Source: Sphaerodactylus townsendi
Taxonomy: Eukaryota
NCBI RefSeq assembly: GCF_021028975.2
Contig: NC_059429.1
Coordinates: forward strand, 98,332,001 to 98,396,000
Direction of reading: 5' to 3'
Length of the DNA stretch: 64,000 nucleotides
Both the position numbers and the translations under genes were made by a program. Positions 1-12,324 of this stretch are shown here, one piece after another. The notes below the pieces were generated by a model, which ran no database searches, was not told the DNA's origin, and saw only the letters and a program-made list of their open reading frames with translations. How positions within the stretch are numbered: the first letter of the stretch is position 1; every line of letters begins with the position of its first letter.

Positions 1-139
1 CCCAGTCTCTAATTTGGTTATTACCTGGATACAAAGATGTCAAGAGAATACATAATTGGTGTTTGTATCTACAACAAAGAGACAACAGTATGATTTTTAA
101 ACAATTCACACAAAAAATTTCCAGACAGGAAGTGCTAGA

Positions 140-1000
140 AGCAACCCGGAACTTCCTGTAAAGAGATCTCGGATGTTATCCTTCAAGCGCATGCGCAGAG
201 AGACAACTTGATTGAGGAAAAAAGCCCTAGCAGCCCTATCCGCCTCACCGGAAGCGGATAAACAGGAAGTTACTTCTTTCTGGCGCTAGGGGGACTGAGG
301 GGTATCTGGTCGAGAACATTCTAAAGGCCGGAAGTGCGTCATAATGTTTAGCTTTAAGGCACGAAAGAGGTGTCCAGTTTGAGCGAAACAAGTGGTTTTG
401 CGCCTGGAGTCTTCTGGTCGCGATGTCCGGAAGAATGGTGGATGGCGCTCAGAGTGTGGACGGGCAGTTGGAAAGGACGGAGCATCCCGGAGAGGCCGCA
501 GCCTCGCCTTCGTGAGTAACGTGGTTCAGCTTCTCTTCAGGACTTGCTCGCGTTTTTGGCCGGGGCGACTCGAGAGTAGCGTTGGGCTCCGGCACTTGGC
601 GAGGTTGGGTTGGAAACTTTTCACGAAACGTCGCCTTTCTCTCCGGAGCCTGGCGGCGGACCTTTTGCAGCGCCCCCTGGTGGCGGCTTCTTTCGAGCCG
701 GCTGTTCAGGGAGGCGATTGGCTCCCTCTAGCGGCCTCTTTCCCCAGATTGTCTGGCGAAACCCGCTTTTTCCCTGCTTGCAGGGCTTGATTGCGCGGCT
801 CGCGGCGCGGCGGGGCGGGGACCTCGGAGAGGCTCTTGTTCTGAGTCGCCTATACGCGCAAGGGTTGAGAGAGTGAAGAAGCGAAGGCGAAAAGAGACGT
901 TTCAGAGGTGATGATGGAAATCCACAGAGCAGCTCCCTAATGGGCGAAATCATAACAACCAAAGACCTCGAGGGTTTGGTTTCCTTAACGGTGTCCCAGA
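140..1000. promoter_or_regulatory. CpG-island promoter of LRIF1 with NRF1 and ETS/GABPA-type motifs
   Basis: CpG-dense. Palindromic GCGCATGCGC (NRF1) at 187-196; CCGGAA(G) ETS cores near 147, 248, 328 and 427. Overlaps LRIF1 exon 1. Confidence 0.75.
423..511 (+). CDS. LRIF1: LRIF1 coding exon 1 (MSGRMVDGAQSVDGQLERTEHPGEAAASPS)
   Basis: ATG at 423 in the CpG island, open to donor tc|GTGAGT at 512. Length 89 nt (phase 2) matches the phase needed by exon 2. The full join gives 763 aa, close to the size of human LRIF1. Confidence 0.75.
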
Positions 1001-1084
1001 GTCTCTGGCCTGAGGCAGGGGTCCTCATTGAATTTATAATAGGGATGTCCTCGGATAGTTTTTTACTTTGATACTTTGGACATT

Positions 1085-1310
1085 TTTATTTAGTTACTTA
1101 ATTTATCCCTTGCCTTTCTTCTTAGTGGGTAGCCAAAATGACTCACCTGTCCTCCTCTCTGTTTAATTATCCCAACAGTAAAGTGAGGTAGGTTAGGCTA
1201 AGAATGTGGGACTGGCCCAAGGTCATCCCGCTAGCTTCCGTGGCAGAGTGGGGATTGAAACCTGGGTCTCCTCAGCATTTCCAACACTAACCTCTATAAC
1301 AACACTGGCA
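1085..1310 (-). mobile_element. Degenerate tRNA-derived (MIR/CORE-like) SINE
   Basis: gtgaggtaggttaggct...tggcccaaggtcatcc...gggattgaaacctgggtctcc; resembles other SINE copies in the window. Boundaries approximate. Confidence 0.55.
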
Positions 1311-2989
1311 GTTCCCAAGATAAGGGTGTCCTCATTGGGGTGGATTGGCATCATCTTTGGAATCTTAAACAGAAGCATAAGACTGAATCGGCAGGTCACA
1401 AAATAAAAGCAATACAGTATAATTACAAAAACCAACACATTAATTTTTTTTAAATTACTATCTATAATCTGCTTCTCATGCAGGCTGGTTCTTCATAAAA
1501 ATGCCTTCATAAAAAACCCCCAACCCTAACATCATCAGAGGGGGAGGGGAGGGAGCCCAGCAGCTGGACCTGCCCTACCCACTCTAGCGTAGGGGGAGGG
1601 AGGGAGGGGTGGCAAGCAAAGGAAGGGAGGGGGACAATGATTGAAATGTGAGCACCTACCTAAGTTACTTATTCAAGTCATTCCATAATGTGATGGGTGA
1701 AACTTAACGCCTTGAACTGTTTCAGAGGCCTTTTCTGTATGCACAGTTTACCACAGATTTCCCCAGTGGTCTAATCTTGTGTCCTGGAAATATTTTCTTG
1801 TGAAATCACTTCGCATACCTCCCAACACCCATTGTTTTGCGCCCCCCCCCCTTTTCAGTTAAATTTATTCCACATGCTACTGCTGGAAATGTTCCTAATG
1901 GTGATGGGATATCATCTATGACACAGAAGACCAACCCCTCTCCTTTTTTCTTTGTGCAGGCGCTCTGGCATTAATGTGCAATTACATTTTGAAGTGGTAG
2001 TTCAAAAAAGGTTGAGCCTCCATTTCTACTATTGAGAACTGCCAACCCAAAATAGAAACCAAAACAACTCCTGGAGCAGGTGCCATTACTTGGAGGAAAA
2101 GAAACACATAGTCCTGCCAAAGAACCACATTTTCATTTCTGCAGCAGTCCTTTGTCAATTTCCTGCTGCAAAATCTACTTCCTTTGTCAGTTTCACTTGC
2201 TCCTAACTACAAACTCTTCTTTAGGTAATATTGTTAATTGAATCATCCTGGCTTGTTCTGTGCAGTAAAGTTACATTGCTAATGTGATGTAACAAGGAGA
2301 TTCTTTTTAAAGTATTCCTTTCAAGATTATGGAATGAGGGAGAGGAGGAAATGGCTGAGGGGGAGTCTGGTCAACTACATGTAGGCGCAGACAACGGCTA
2401 TGTGCATGATGGGGTGGAGAAATGAAGACTGTTTCAACATGATCGCATGGCTACTGGAAGCTGACTCGTAGATTTTAGAAATCACAGTAAAAGTTCTTAA
2501 AGAAAACAGTGAAAGAAAAATGAAGGAAAAACATTTTCAGAACCAAATGGAGGAAAAATCATACAGAATTAAAAGTAAAAAAAGTAGAATTTGGTGGCAA
2601 GATACGTTATAAACAGCTTGTGCAGAAAAAGGCAGAAACTAATTGGTAAACAGTCGAATGACTAAAGAACAACTGTCATATGGAAACTTGACCTAGTTCT
2701 AGATAGGAATATGTTCGTGGTGTTCTTCACCTGCAGAATTTTCTAAATTGATTTCAAGGATAGATCCATGTAAAGGGCATGGTAAAGGTTAGCCTTGAGG
2801 TCACTCTAGCACAAATCCATAAAAACAGCAAAAAACAGTCTTCAACTGCTATAAATAAACATTTCCCATTCATAAAAAAACATAAAAACAGCCGAAAGAG
2901 AAGGAACTCTTCAGTTACAAGCCTGAAGTACGATAAAGTTGACACTAGACAAACCTCAAGGGGGAGGGTATGGGAAAAGTGATTTGCCA

Positions 2990-4050
2990 TCTTTCACAAA
3001 GCTCTCCCTGCTTTCCACCTGCCTCACTTCTGCTGGTGGGAACACCTCCTTCCTACATGCCCAGACTCTGCTGATGTATCACCAAATATTGTGGGAGACA
3101 CCAATAGAAAGGTTAACCCCTCCCCTAGCAGATACAATGGCCCCAGACCATTTAGGGCTTTGAAAGTCAATACTAAAACCTTGAACTTGATTTCATCCTC
3201 CACATAGAGCCAGTGCAGATGGCAGAGCACAGGTTACATATGTGCCCACCACAGGGTCCCAGTAAAGACCTGAGGAGAGGCTGCAGCGTTTGGGACTCCT
3301 TAGTTTGGAGAGGAGACGTCTGAGGGGGGATATGATTGAAGTCTATAAAATTATGCATGGGGTAGAAAATGTTGATGGGAGAAATTTTTCTCTCTTTCTC
3401 ACAATACTAGAACCAGGGGGCATACATTGAAAATGCTGGGGGGAAGAATTAGGACTAATAAAAGGAAACACTTCTTCACGCAACGTGTGATTGGTGTTTG
3501 GAATATGCTGCCACAGGAGGTGGTGATGGCCATTAACCTGGATAGCTTTAAAAGGGGCTTGGACAGATTTATGGAGGAGAAGTCGATTTATGGCTACCAA
3601 TCTTGATCCTCTTTGATCTGAGATTGCAAATGCCTTAACAGTCCAGGTGCTCGGGAGCAACAGCCGCAGAAGGCCATTGCGTTCACATCCTGCATGTGAG
3701 CTCCAAATGGCACCTGGTGGGCCACTGCGAGTAGCAGAGAGCTGGACTAGATGGACTATGGTCTGATCCAGCTGGCTTGTTCTTATGTTCTTATGTTCTT
3801 AAGACCTCTGCTGCCACATTTTGCACCAGTTGGAGCTTCCAAAATAAACCCAAGGGCATTCCTGCATAAAGTGAGTTGCAGTAATCTAATCTAGACGTGA
3901 CTGGTGCATGGAACACTATAGCTAAATCAGTTTGGGACAAATAGGGTGCCAATAATCTCATCTGGTATAGATGATAGGAAGCCTAGCAAGCCACGAGTGT
4001 GACTTGAGCCTCCACTGGAAGGAAAAATGAAGTATTACACCAAGAATGCA
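2990..4050 (-). mobile_element. L2-type LINE ORF2 remnant, interrupted by a CR1 insertion
   Basis: The minus-strand translation IKFKVLVLTFKALNGLGPLYL is typical of the L2 ORF2 C-terminus. Similarity continues after 3807. Boundaries approximate. Confidence 0.7.
3272..3800 (+). mobile_element. 5'-truncated CR1 LINE with (TTCTTATG)n tail
   Basis: Encodes SLERRRLRGDMIEVYKIMHG...TRGHTLK...FFTQRVIGVWNMLP; ends in an 8-mer tandem tail; flanked by AAGACCT direct repeats. Confidence 0.9.
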
Positions 4051-6656
4051 TCTATTCTTCCCACAATCAATTTCAAACCCCATCCCTCCCTGAAACCAGG
4101 GAGATGCTTTAGGCACCTGAGGAAAAGTTTCTACTTCAAAGGCAAAAGAGAAAGAAAAAATCCAATCCGTGGGTCAGTCTGGCTTGGAGGACAATTCCTT
4201 CCTCCCAAAGCGGTTATACCTCTGGGTTTGCTGAACTGCAATTTCTCTTCCCCAGCACACTCGTCTTGTCAGTGGATCAAAAACAGGACAGGTAGAAATG
4301 CCGGGGCTGGAGTGGGCATCCCTGGTCAGCGGCAATCTACTTGGGACCCTGGAGGGAGTGTAAGTGGCAGCCTGCCCATGTTGCCATTCCGGGTCTGGCT
4401 CAGCTTGACACTTCCAAGCCCCTCTCCTCTTCCTGCCCACATTCTCCTGGCCAGGCAGGAAGCCAGTGGCTCTGCTCCACGCAGAGCCTTTTGCCTTTTT
4501 GTGGCTGTTTTTGCAATGGCAGCTGGGTGCACTTGTGTGGCCAGGCCTAGCCTCGCTGCCTGGAGGAGTCACAACTGTGGTCTACCTTTGGCAGGAACTG
4601 GGCATCTGCAGTATTACTCATGCTGGATTGTGGCGCATGGCAGGAAAGCAGCCCTGAACCTGCGTCTTCGTGGGCAAGCTGATAGTCTGCTATGTGTCTA
4701 AAGAGTGGTGCCAGAGAGCATAAGGTGGATATGGTGAGCCCATGGGGAAGCCCCCCCCCTCCCCCGAAACTATTTCCCCACCTGTGCTTGCAGCTGTCGA
4801 GGCCCTGCTGGTTGCCCCACCACCCCAGGCAGGGGCGGCTCTGCAGGATTCTGAGTCATCACCCTGGAGGAGGCCATGTGCTGGGGCCTGCTGAGCCCCT
4901 GCATGCCATGCATGTAAAGTGCAGTGCTGGAAGTGGGTTGGCTCCAGCAGGCTGTGAGTGGGAGGCGGCTGCAGGGCTGACTGGGCGCACACGCACACTG
5001 ACCAAGAGAAGAGCCATCCTCCTCAGCACACACAGGGAGGATGTTCTTCAGGAACTATAGGGCGCACAAGAAGCAACGTACTTGGGACAGGGTCAACAGC
5101 AGCACTCCCAACCTTGCTGCACCCTGAGCTCCTGAGATGGGGTGACCAAGGGCACCCCTTCAAGTCGCAATGGCTGCCTCATGTTAGATAACCCTCTAAG
5201 TGGGCACAAACAAAGGTGTGAGTGGGTGCCATGGCATCCACAGACCCCACATTGGGGACCCTGGCCCCTTCACTATTAATTGTGGACCCATCCCCCCATG
5301 TCACCCTGCCTTTCTTCAGGAGCTTTACTCCAACCTGTAGGTCAGACAACAGAAAACAATCAAACATAGCAAGAACACACACTCCAAACAGTAGACATAA
5401 ACCCAGACCCCGTTCTCACCTGAGTCTGAACAAAATGAATACACCGAAACAGACCCCTCCACACTGGGGAAGAATAAACAAACAGAACGGCATGTCCTCA
5501 TTCTCTTTTCTCCCAAACCAACAACTCAGACATCCCAGTCTCCTCTCTGCTTGGGTCTTTCTGCCTCAGTGCAAGGCACATTAAAGCAGCATTATGTGAT
5601 CACCACTTCAAAACACACTGTGTCAAGGATTCTTGATTTTCAAGACAGCGAGGCCAAGAACCCTTTGGCTCTTGTCCCATGGTTCACGCCTCAGTATGAA
5701 CTTTCCCTTAAATAAAGATGCCTGACAATGAGGCAGTCAAAGGAGGTGATTCAACATTAAGTTGTTACAAGCTGGGTTGTCAACTCAGGTGCCCAGCCTT
5801 TTTTCTTCTGCTTTCCCTCACCACCATTAGGGCATACAATGGCCTGTCAGGCACTTAACAGTCCATCTGTTACTGAAGTTTGCAAATCTATTATTAGGTG
5901 GTGGTGGTGTAACCATTGCTGAGCTTAACAAACGATGTTAACTTGTTTATTAATATTGAATTTTAACCTTGTAAGACTCCCTGATCCCAGCCTTGGCTGG
6001 GAGTGGGTATAACTCAGATAAATAAACAAAGGCATCTGGCCACTGGGGAAATAGTTTGTGTGAACCAGCTCCTCATATGAGCCCATGCAGTTTTTCCCAC
6101 ACTGTGCCAGTGTGTTTAAAATTGCATGAAGTACACAGGGAGTGTTTTTCATGTGCTTTAAAATCCTGGCTGTAACTTAAAAGCAACCTATAAACTCAGT
6201 TGTTCTGGACTCACTAAGTTATTCACATACACAAACTAAGTGAGCATTGGTCTCCCTGCCCCCACTCGAAGACTATTTTTCACTGTTATACTCTGTTTCA
6301 CATAAACATGTTAGTAGATTGCATATTCCTCTCCCACAGAACAAAGCTTGCCGGACCTTATTTGTTGTAGAACACTCCCTTTTGGCACAGACGGTTGTGT
6401 ATCAAAGTACCACGTTCAGTAATGCACAAAATAATGGTTTTGATAAAGGCAGTGTGTAAAAATGAATCATTATTCTCATATTCATTCAAGACTATATTCT
6501 GATGTGGAAGCAAACAATTTTTTCAACCACTGCACCTCAACTGACCAAACTAACATCTTTATGTGAAACAGATTATAGCCTTACTTTGACTTGTTCATTG
6601 TATTCACAGCATATATATTAGTGCCTATTGCTTATGTGATCCTTTTCCCCTTTTAG

Positions 6657-8154
6657 GGTTGCAAGTGATGCATACCGAATAGTTGAGACCACTGGGCAGG
6701 ATGGAAAACAATTTCTGAAGCTGCTTCCCATTTCTAACATTTTGGGAAATGTGGGGCCTGTCATACATTCTCCGGTTGTGTCTGATAATACAAACGTAAA
6801 TGCTTCTGTTCCTGGTTTTGTTTCTTTGAAGACTATGTTCTCAAATATTTTAACATCGCCACTTGATAAGATACCTACTGTTCTGACAGCAGCTCCTGGA
6901 AAGTTAATCCTCCGAAAACAGTTGGATGAAGTAGAACTAGTGAAAGTAACCTCCGTTGTTAATCCAACTGTAACAAGCCCTTTTGTTCAGAATAATTATG
7001 TTTCACCTGATAAATTATGCTTGCAAAAGGATACTTCTTCAATGTCATCAGTCAAAAACGATGTTTTAACAAATACCAAAAACCTTCCACTGACTGTTAA
7101 TTCTTCAATTCTGCCTCCTGGACATCACCTGCAGATACCAGCTAATGCAGAGGTGAAATCTGTCCCAACATCTTGCTTGCCCCTTGCTGTCCAACAGAAG
7201 ATATTGGCTATGGCAGTCACAAATGCCTCTGTGACATCCAAACCTGAAAAGCCACCAAATATTATTTATGTGTCGCCAGTAAGAACAGTGAAAACACCTT
7301 CTTCCAAATGCTTGCAAAATACAACTCCAACAGCTGCTGCAGAAGTGGGGAAACCTTTAGTACCAACATCTGCACACACAGCGGTCAATAGTTTTGTTCC
7401 AGATGAGGTATCATGTGATAGCCAAAAACCCCAGGAAACTCCTATGAAATGGGTCGTCCAGAAAAACCCACAGTCGTCAGCCTCTTGCCTTGTTCCTGTG
7501 AAGTCATCAAATTACATGATATCGAAGATGTTAAAAACTTTGGCTGATAGGGAGAATATAAAAAACAGTCCTTCTGGCATTCTGCCTGCCTGTTCTAATA
7601 GTCTTAGTGAAAGCCAAGAAAAATTAAATTCTGTTAAAGATAATGCCTTGGTGTTGTATAATGGGAAGGTCTATCTGCTGACAAGGAAAGGATCCAGTGC
7701 CGGGTCAGCCCAGGATGACAGACAGACATCAGCCACGGCTGACACAAACGTCAGAAAACACGCATCACAGTTAACTAATTCAGTTTCAGCTAACTCAATA
7801 ACCAATCAAGTTGTCAATCTAGTATTGTCAAAAAATAAAAGGATTGCGCTTAGTGCAAAGGATTCAAAGTTATGGGAGAATGTTAAACCTCCTCTGTGGC
7901 CCAACCTGAACAAGAACTTACAAGTTGCACCTTTTCTTGTAATATCACCACAAGGGAATATGCAGATAGGCTCTGTCGAGCAACAGGAGGCTGTGTCAGC
8001 ATCAGAAAACGTTCCCGTTGGAATAAAAGCTGATACTAAAACAGTGACAGAAGAAAATGTGAACATCAACATCATTCAGAAAACTAACTCTCCTGAAACT
8101 ACTGCCTTAGAATCATCTGCAAATTATGATGCTTCCAATGAGGAAGAACAAAAG
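6657..8154 (+). CDS. LRIF1: LRIF1 (ligand-dependent nuclear receptor-interacting factor 1 / HBiX1) large exon 2
   Basis: Acceptor ccttttccccttttAG| and donor AAG|GTAATT. Recognisable LRIF1 blocks: YRIVETTGQDGKQFLKLLPI, LPPGHHLQIPANAEVKSVP, VQQKILA, IYVSPV, LVPVKSSN, KDNALVLYNGKVYLL. Confidence 0.95.
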
Positions 8155-9054
8155 GTAATTTTACTTGCTGGGGAAAAAAAGTACTTCGGTCTTTCTATCT
8201 CCCCCTTTGCACTATAGAATGTTGAGCCCTTAAAGCTGCTCCTGAGAACCAGGAAACCTGTGGAAGCAGCATGGAATGTGGTACAGGGGCTGCAGGAGAA
8301 AAGGGACTGGAGAGAAATAGCCCTGCTCTTTTTTTGCAGGAATAGAAATACCCTCCCTTTTGCCCAACGCAACTTTGGCCCGAACCCAAGTGTGTCAGGC
8401 TGGAAACTTCAAGCATGTTTTCAGTATTCTGCCAATATAAAAATTGTTGCAGTCAAAAATGACTAATTTAAGTTCCTCACTAGCTACTAAAGAACATTTT
8501 TGTTATGCCTACTAGCAGGACTAGTGAGAGTTACAAACAAAATTAATGTGGAATTCATTGCCAGTAGATGTAAAGGTGACCACAAGCACTTTGGCCCTTT
8601 CCACACAGGCTAATGAAAGCGGGGGGAAAGCAAGTTACATGAATCCGCCCTTGCCCCGGCCCCTTCTCATGGCTGAAAACCAGTGCACTGGCCAGGATGT
8701 GCACCTCCGCACCAGGGCGCATGCCTTCACACGACGGCACATCTTTTTTCCTTCCCTGCCAGCCTTTTTTTCTTCCCTGCCTGACCCCCCCCAGGCCATA
8801 ATACAGCCCATTTCCCCTGCGTGGCTCCGCAGATGGGAGCCGGGGAAGGGTTTTTCAAGAATCGTGCGATTCTCTTGTTCAAACGTGCCTCACAGCCATG
8901 ACTGTTCACTCTTAGGAAACTGCAGAATCTCAGAATGTTGGTTCTGTTTCCAGTAACGGCAGGGGAACCAGAAGCCAATGGAGTTTAAACGTAGTTTAAA
9001 CGTTCTGATATCCTGGCAAATGATTGCTAATATGTTGAATGCTTATTATTTCAG

Positions 9055-9309
9055 ATTGAGAAGATAAACTCAACAGGAATGGCTTTTCAGAACAAACAAA
9101 AGGAAGTGCAACACAGAAAACAGGACACTGAGATCAGAAAAAAATTTGGTCTGGTAAAAGAAGAAAGAGTACATCTCGAGAGAATACCTTTGCTAAATTC
9201 TGTTGTAAAAATGGAAGAAACTGAGTGGTCCAGTAATGTACCTTTAAATGACTCTTGCCAATTGCTAGAGGCAATAACTGTGAAACCTGGACCCGAAGAA
9301 GAGGAAATG
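9055..9309 (+). CDS. LRIF1: LRIF1 exon 3 (contains HP1-binding PxVxL-like region)
   Basis: Acceptor ttatttcAG|, donor ATG|GTATCT, 255 nt, phase 0-0. DTEIRKKFGLVKEERVHLERIP resembles human [22 protein letters not shown]. Confidence 0.9.
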
Positions 9310-10345
9310 GTATCTGAAACATTTACATATATTTATATTAGTAGTCTTCACCTATATTGTAGTGTATAAAGGACTGTGAAGTCTCAGACGGGAGATTTGC
9401 TGAACCAGTGTGATGTAATGAAATGTTCACAGTTATTCTGACTGTTGAGCAAACAAACCAGAATTTGTGATGAAAGCATGAGAACACTTGGAAAGACTCT
9501 AGTTGGTCATAGGTGTTCGGGGAACTGGGCAAATAGGGATGCTGAGAACTAGAAAGCCAATTGGAAATGGTGATTGAAAGTGTAGTGAGGAGGAAAGAGC
9601 TCAGAAGGCAAGGTCACTAAAGGAAGGAAGCACAGGGTAAATAATAGACTAAGAAGAAGGAATTTGAGGTGAATAAGCAAATAGAGGACATGAAAAAAAT
9701 AACAGTAGGGAGGAAGAGCTAATGAGGCAGGGACTTTAAAGAAGGTGGACACTGAGATGTTGCCAGACACACAGGAAAGATGTTATCTTTGGAAATATTT
9801 TGTCTTTAAAGTTGGAAGTAAAGAATGTGAAAGTTTACTGGGTTTTGGAAGTGTGTGGATGTCCATGATCATTCATTTATAAAATTTGGTAAGGCATGTT
9901 TTTGGAAGGTATATGGGTGTTTTCAAAAAAATTCCAGACCTATATTTTCTCATGATTTTTAACAGGCTATAGAAATCTGTTTGAACTCAAGGCAAATAAC
10001 ACACTGATGGCAAGTGAAGTAGAGAAGCTACAATTCAGAACATGACAATGATTAAATCAGAGTTTCTAAATAAAGGGTTGAGTCCAGCCAGGTTTTTTCA
10101 CTCAGTCTTGCCCTGTTCTCCTTACTACAGCCCCCTTTCTGAATGCCCTTTGTTCATGCAGATCCCACACTTTGGGCAGTCAAAAAGGACTCTTCCTCCC
10201 ATACTCACTAGCAGAAGACCTGGTTGTGTCCAACCCAGTGATGCATCAATTTAGCAAATGGATGAGGGTGTGTGTGTTAACTTTAGGATTAGTTTATAAT
10301 GCTATTGTACTCCAATGCCATCTAATTCTTTTTCTTGGCACACAG

Positions 10346-10795
10346 GTACTTGGGAAACAGGATCTAGACATAAAGAGGAAAGCTGAACTACCTGAGCCAG
10401 CGCTGGAAACTACAAAGCGGAGGAAAACCTCAAGTCCAAGTTTAGATCACGATGACTGTTCGTCCGTGATGAATAACCCAAGTAGTTCTTGTGGACAAGT
10501 GATATCACAGCAAGAAAAAGCTACAAATTCACTGCAGTGTTTTCCAAGTGGGGATTCTGACTCAAATCCTTGTATGCAGAGTAATGAAGAAAGTGAAGTT
10601 ATGTGTCCTGCTTTACATGGAATTAAAAATAACACCTCTTTTACTGCATGTTCTCTTGGAGAAGATAGTTTTCTGTCCAGTCCCCCAGACCTAGAAGAAA
10701 CAATAAAAGATGAAAGAATAGAAAGACTTAAAGTCCTTCTGAAGAAACAAGAGAAAGCACTGGAGGAGATGCGCAAAAAACTGCAAGAAACGTGA
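10346..10795 (+). CDS. LRIF1: LRIF1 terminal exon 4 (basic NLS-like segment and C-terminal coiled coil)
   Basis: Acceptor cacacAG| (an in-frame alternative AG ends at 10360). PPDLEETIKDERIERLKVLLKKQEKALEEMRKK matches the LRIF1 C-terminus. Stop TGA at 10793-10795. Confidence 0.92.
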   Translation, partial: VLGKQDLDIKRKAELPEPALETTKRRKTSSPSLDHDDCSSVMNNPSSSCGQVISQQEKATNSLQCFPSGDSDSNPCMQSNEESEVMCPALHGIKNNTSFTACSLGEDSFLSSPPDLEETIKDERIERLKVLLKKQEKALEEMRKKLQET

Positions 10796-11151
10796 GAGAA
10801 CAAGTACATAGTACAGAAATTTAATCATTATTTGAACAGAATAATTGAGAAAAGGAATACAAGTAGTCACATAAATCGGATGATTGTAATTCCTTTTGAT
10901 GATAACCAGTTGATAATAAACCTCAACCCTGTTGAATCACTGGTATGTTACTTTTGGAATGTTTCACATGAGAAATTTAATTTTTTAAGTAGCAATAAGT
11001 ATTTCTACTTTCTCTGAAGCTGATAGAATGTACCAAGAAATTTTTGCTGTCTTTTCCCTTCCTTTTCAAAATTTATATCCCTTTAAATCTGATTCCTGTT
11101 CATCTAGGTTGGTATGTTTTATAATCGTGCTGGAATATATTTGTTGATGAA

Positions 11152-11226
11152 AATAAATTCACAGACATTTATTTGTGGAATGGATATGTGGATCTAATTT
11201 TGTTTTTTCCTCATTATAGAAATAAA
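11152..11226 (+). terminator. Candidate LRIF1 polyadenylation signals
   Basis: AATAAA at 11152 and 11221 in AT-rich sequence after the stop codon. Confidence 0.45.
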
Positions 11227-11714
11227 TTTTGAACTGTTCCGTATAGAATAACATTTAGATTAAAAAAAAAACAGTAGTGTGTTCATCCAATGTAATTGTT
11301 TGCCCAATTAGTGTTCAGTATCTTTGGAACAGATATTTTATGCATATTTTTACTATTCAGTATTCATCTATGTTTGGACGCTACATATTTTAGCTATTCA
11401 GTATTCATCTGTGAAGGCCTGGAATAATATTAAGATCAACTGTGAGATTCTGCCTTATTCAGGAGACCATGCCAGACAAAAAGCTTTGGGATAGATATGT
11501 TAAAACAGGCAGGTGCTTTAGATGCATGGGTAATGAAAACAGTTGATCTTTAGGAAATTTTCTGCAAAACCTGTCTTGCAGTATTCCAGAAGAGAAAACA
11601 GTTCCTATAGCTATGTGATTATTTAGTTCAAGTTCACTTGATTGTTGCATTACTTTGTATCCATGTATCCATTTACATTCTTTCAACTTAAAATTATTTA
11701 AATGGATTAAAGTT

Positions 11715-12195
11715 CCATTATAGAGGATGGTGCAAAGTTGTTTTCTGTTGCCCCAGAAGGTTGGACCAGAACCAGTGGGTTAAGAGAATTTTCAGCTAAA
11801 CGTTAGGAAGAACTTCCTGACAGAGCAGTTTCTCAGTGGAACAGGCTTTCCTGGGAGGTGGTGGCTCTCCTGTGGAGGTTTTTAAGCAGAGGCTAGATGG
11901 ATCTCTGATAGCAATGCTGATTTTAGGAACTTAGATCATGAGAATGGGCAGGAAGGATTGCATCAGTGGTCAGCTCTCATGGCCCTTTGTTACGTGATCA
12001 GAATAATGCTGATCACCACTGTGGAGTCAGGAAGCAATTTTCTTTTAGGCCTGATTGACCAGTGAACCTGGAGGGGGTGTCCCCCCCCCCCATCTTCTGG
12101 GCATGGAGCAGAGGTTACTGAGATTGTAAGTGATAAGGTAGTTGTGAATTTCCTGCATTGTGTAGGGGGTTGGACTAGATGACTCTAAAAATACC
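11715..12195 (+). mobile_element. CR1 LINE 3' fragment
   Basis: gaggatggtgcaaagttgttttctgttgccccagaagg...ggactagatgac; closely similar to 35789-36370. Confidence 0.8.
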
Positions 12196-12207
12196 CTTTG
12201 ACGCTAT

Positions 12208-12324
12208 GGCCCCTTCCGCACACGCAAAATAATGCGTTTTCAAACCACTTTCACAACTGTTTGCTAGTGGATTTTGCCATTCCGCACAGCTTTAGTGCAT
12301 TATTCTGCATGTGCGGAATGAGCC
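12208..12324. mobile_element. Short PIF/Harbinger-type MITE
   Basis: Terminal inverted repeats GGCCCCTTCCGCACACGCAAAATAATGC / GCATTATTCTGCATGTGCGGAATGAGCC; sister copy at 48035-48158. Confidence 0.75.

Noticed and set aside
392-1028. Overlapping ORFs of 88-135 aa in the LRIF1 CpG island
   Set aside because: GC-rich sequence has few stop codons; no recognisable protein. The real coding exon is in another frame (423-511).
4027-5584. 224-aa ORF and neighbouring ORFs in LRIF1 intron 1
   Set aside because: No recognisable domain and a composition typical of GC-rich non-coding or old repeat sequence. The underlying repeat could not be classified.
9310-10345. LRIF1 intron 3 donor GTATCT resembling a U12 site
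   Set aside because: It lacks the full GTATCCT, and the acceptor has a U2-type CTAAT branch and pyrimidine tract with no TCCTTAAC.
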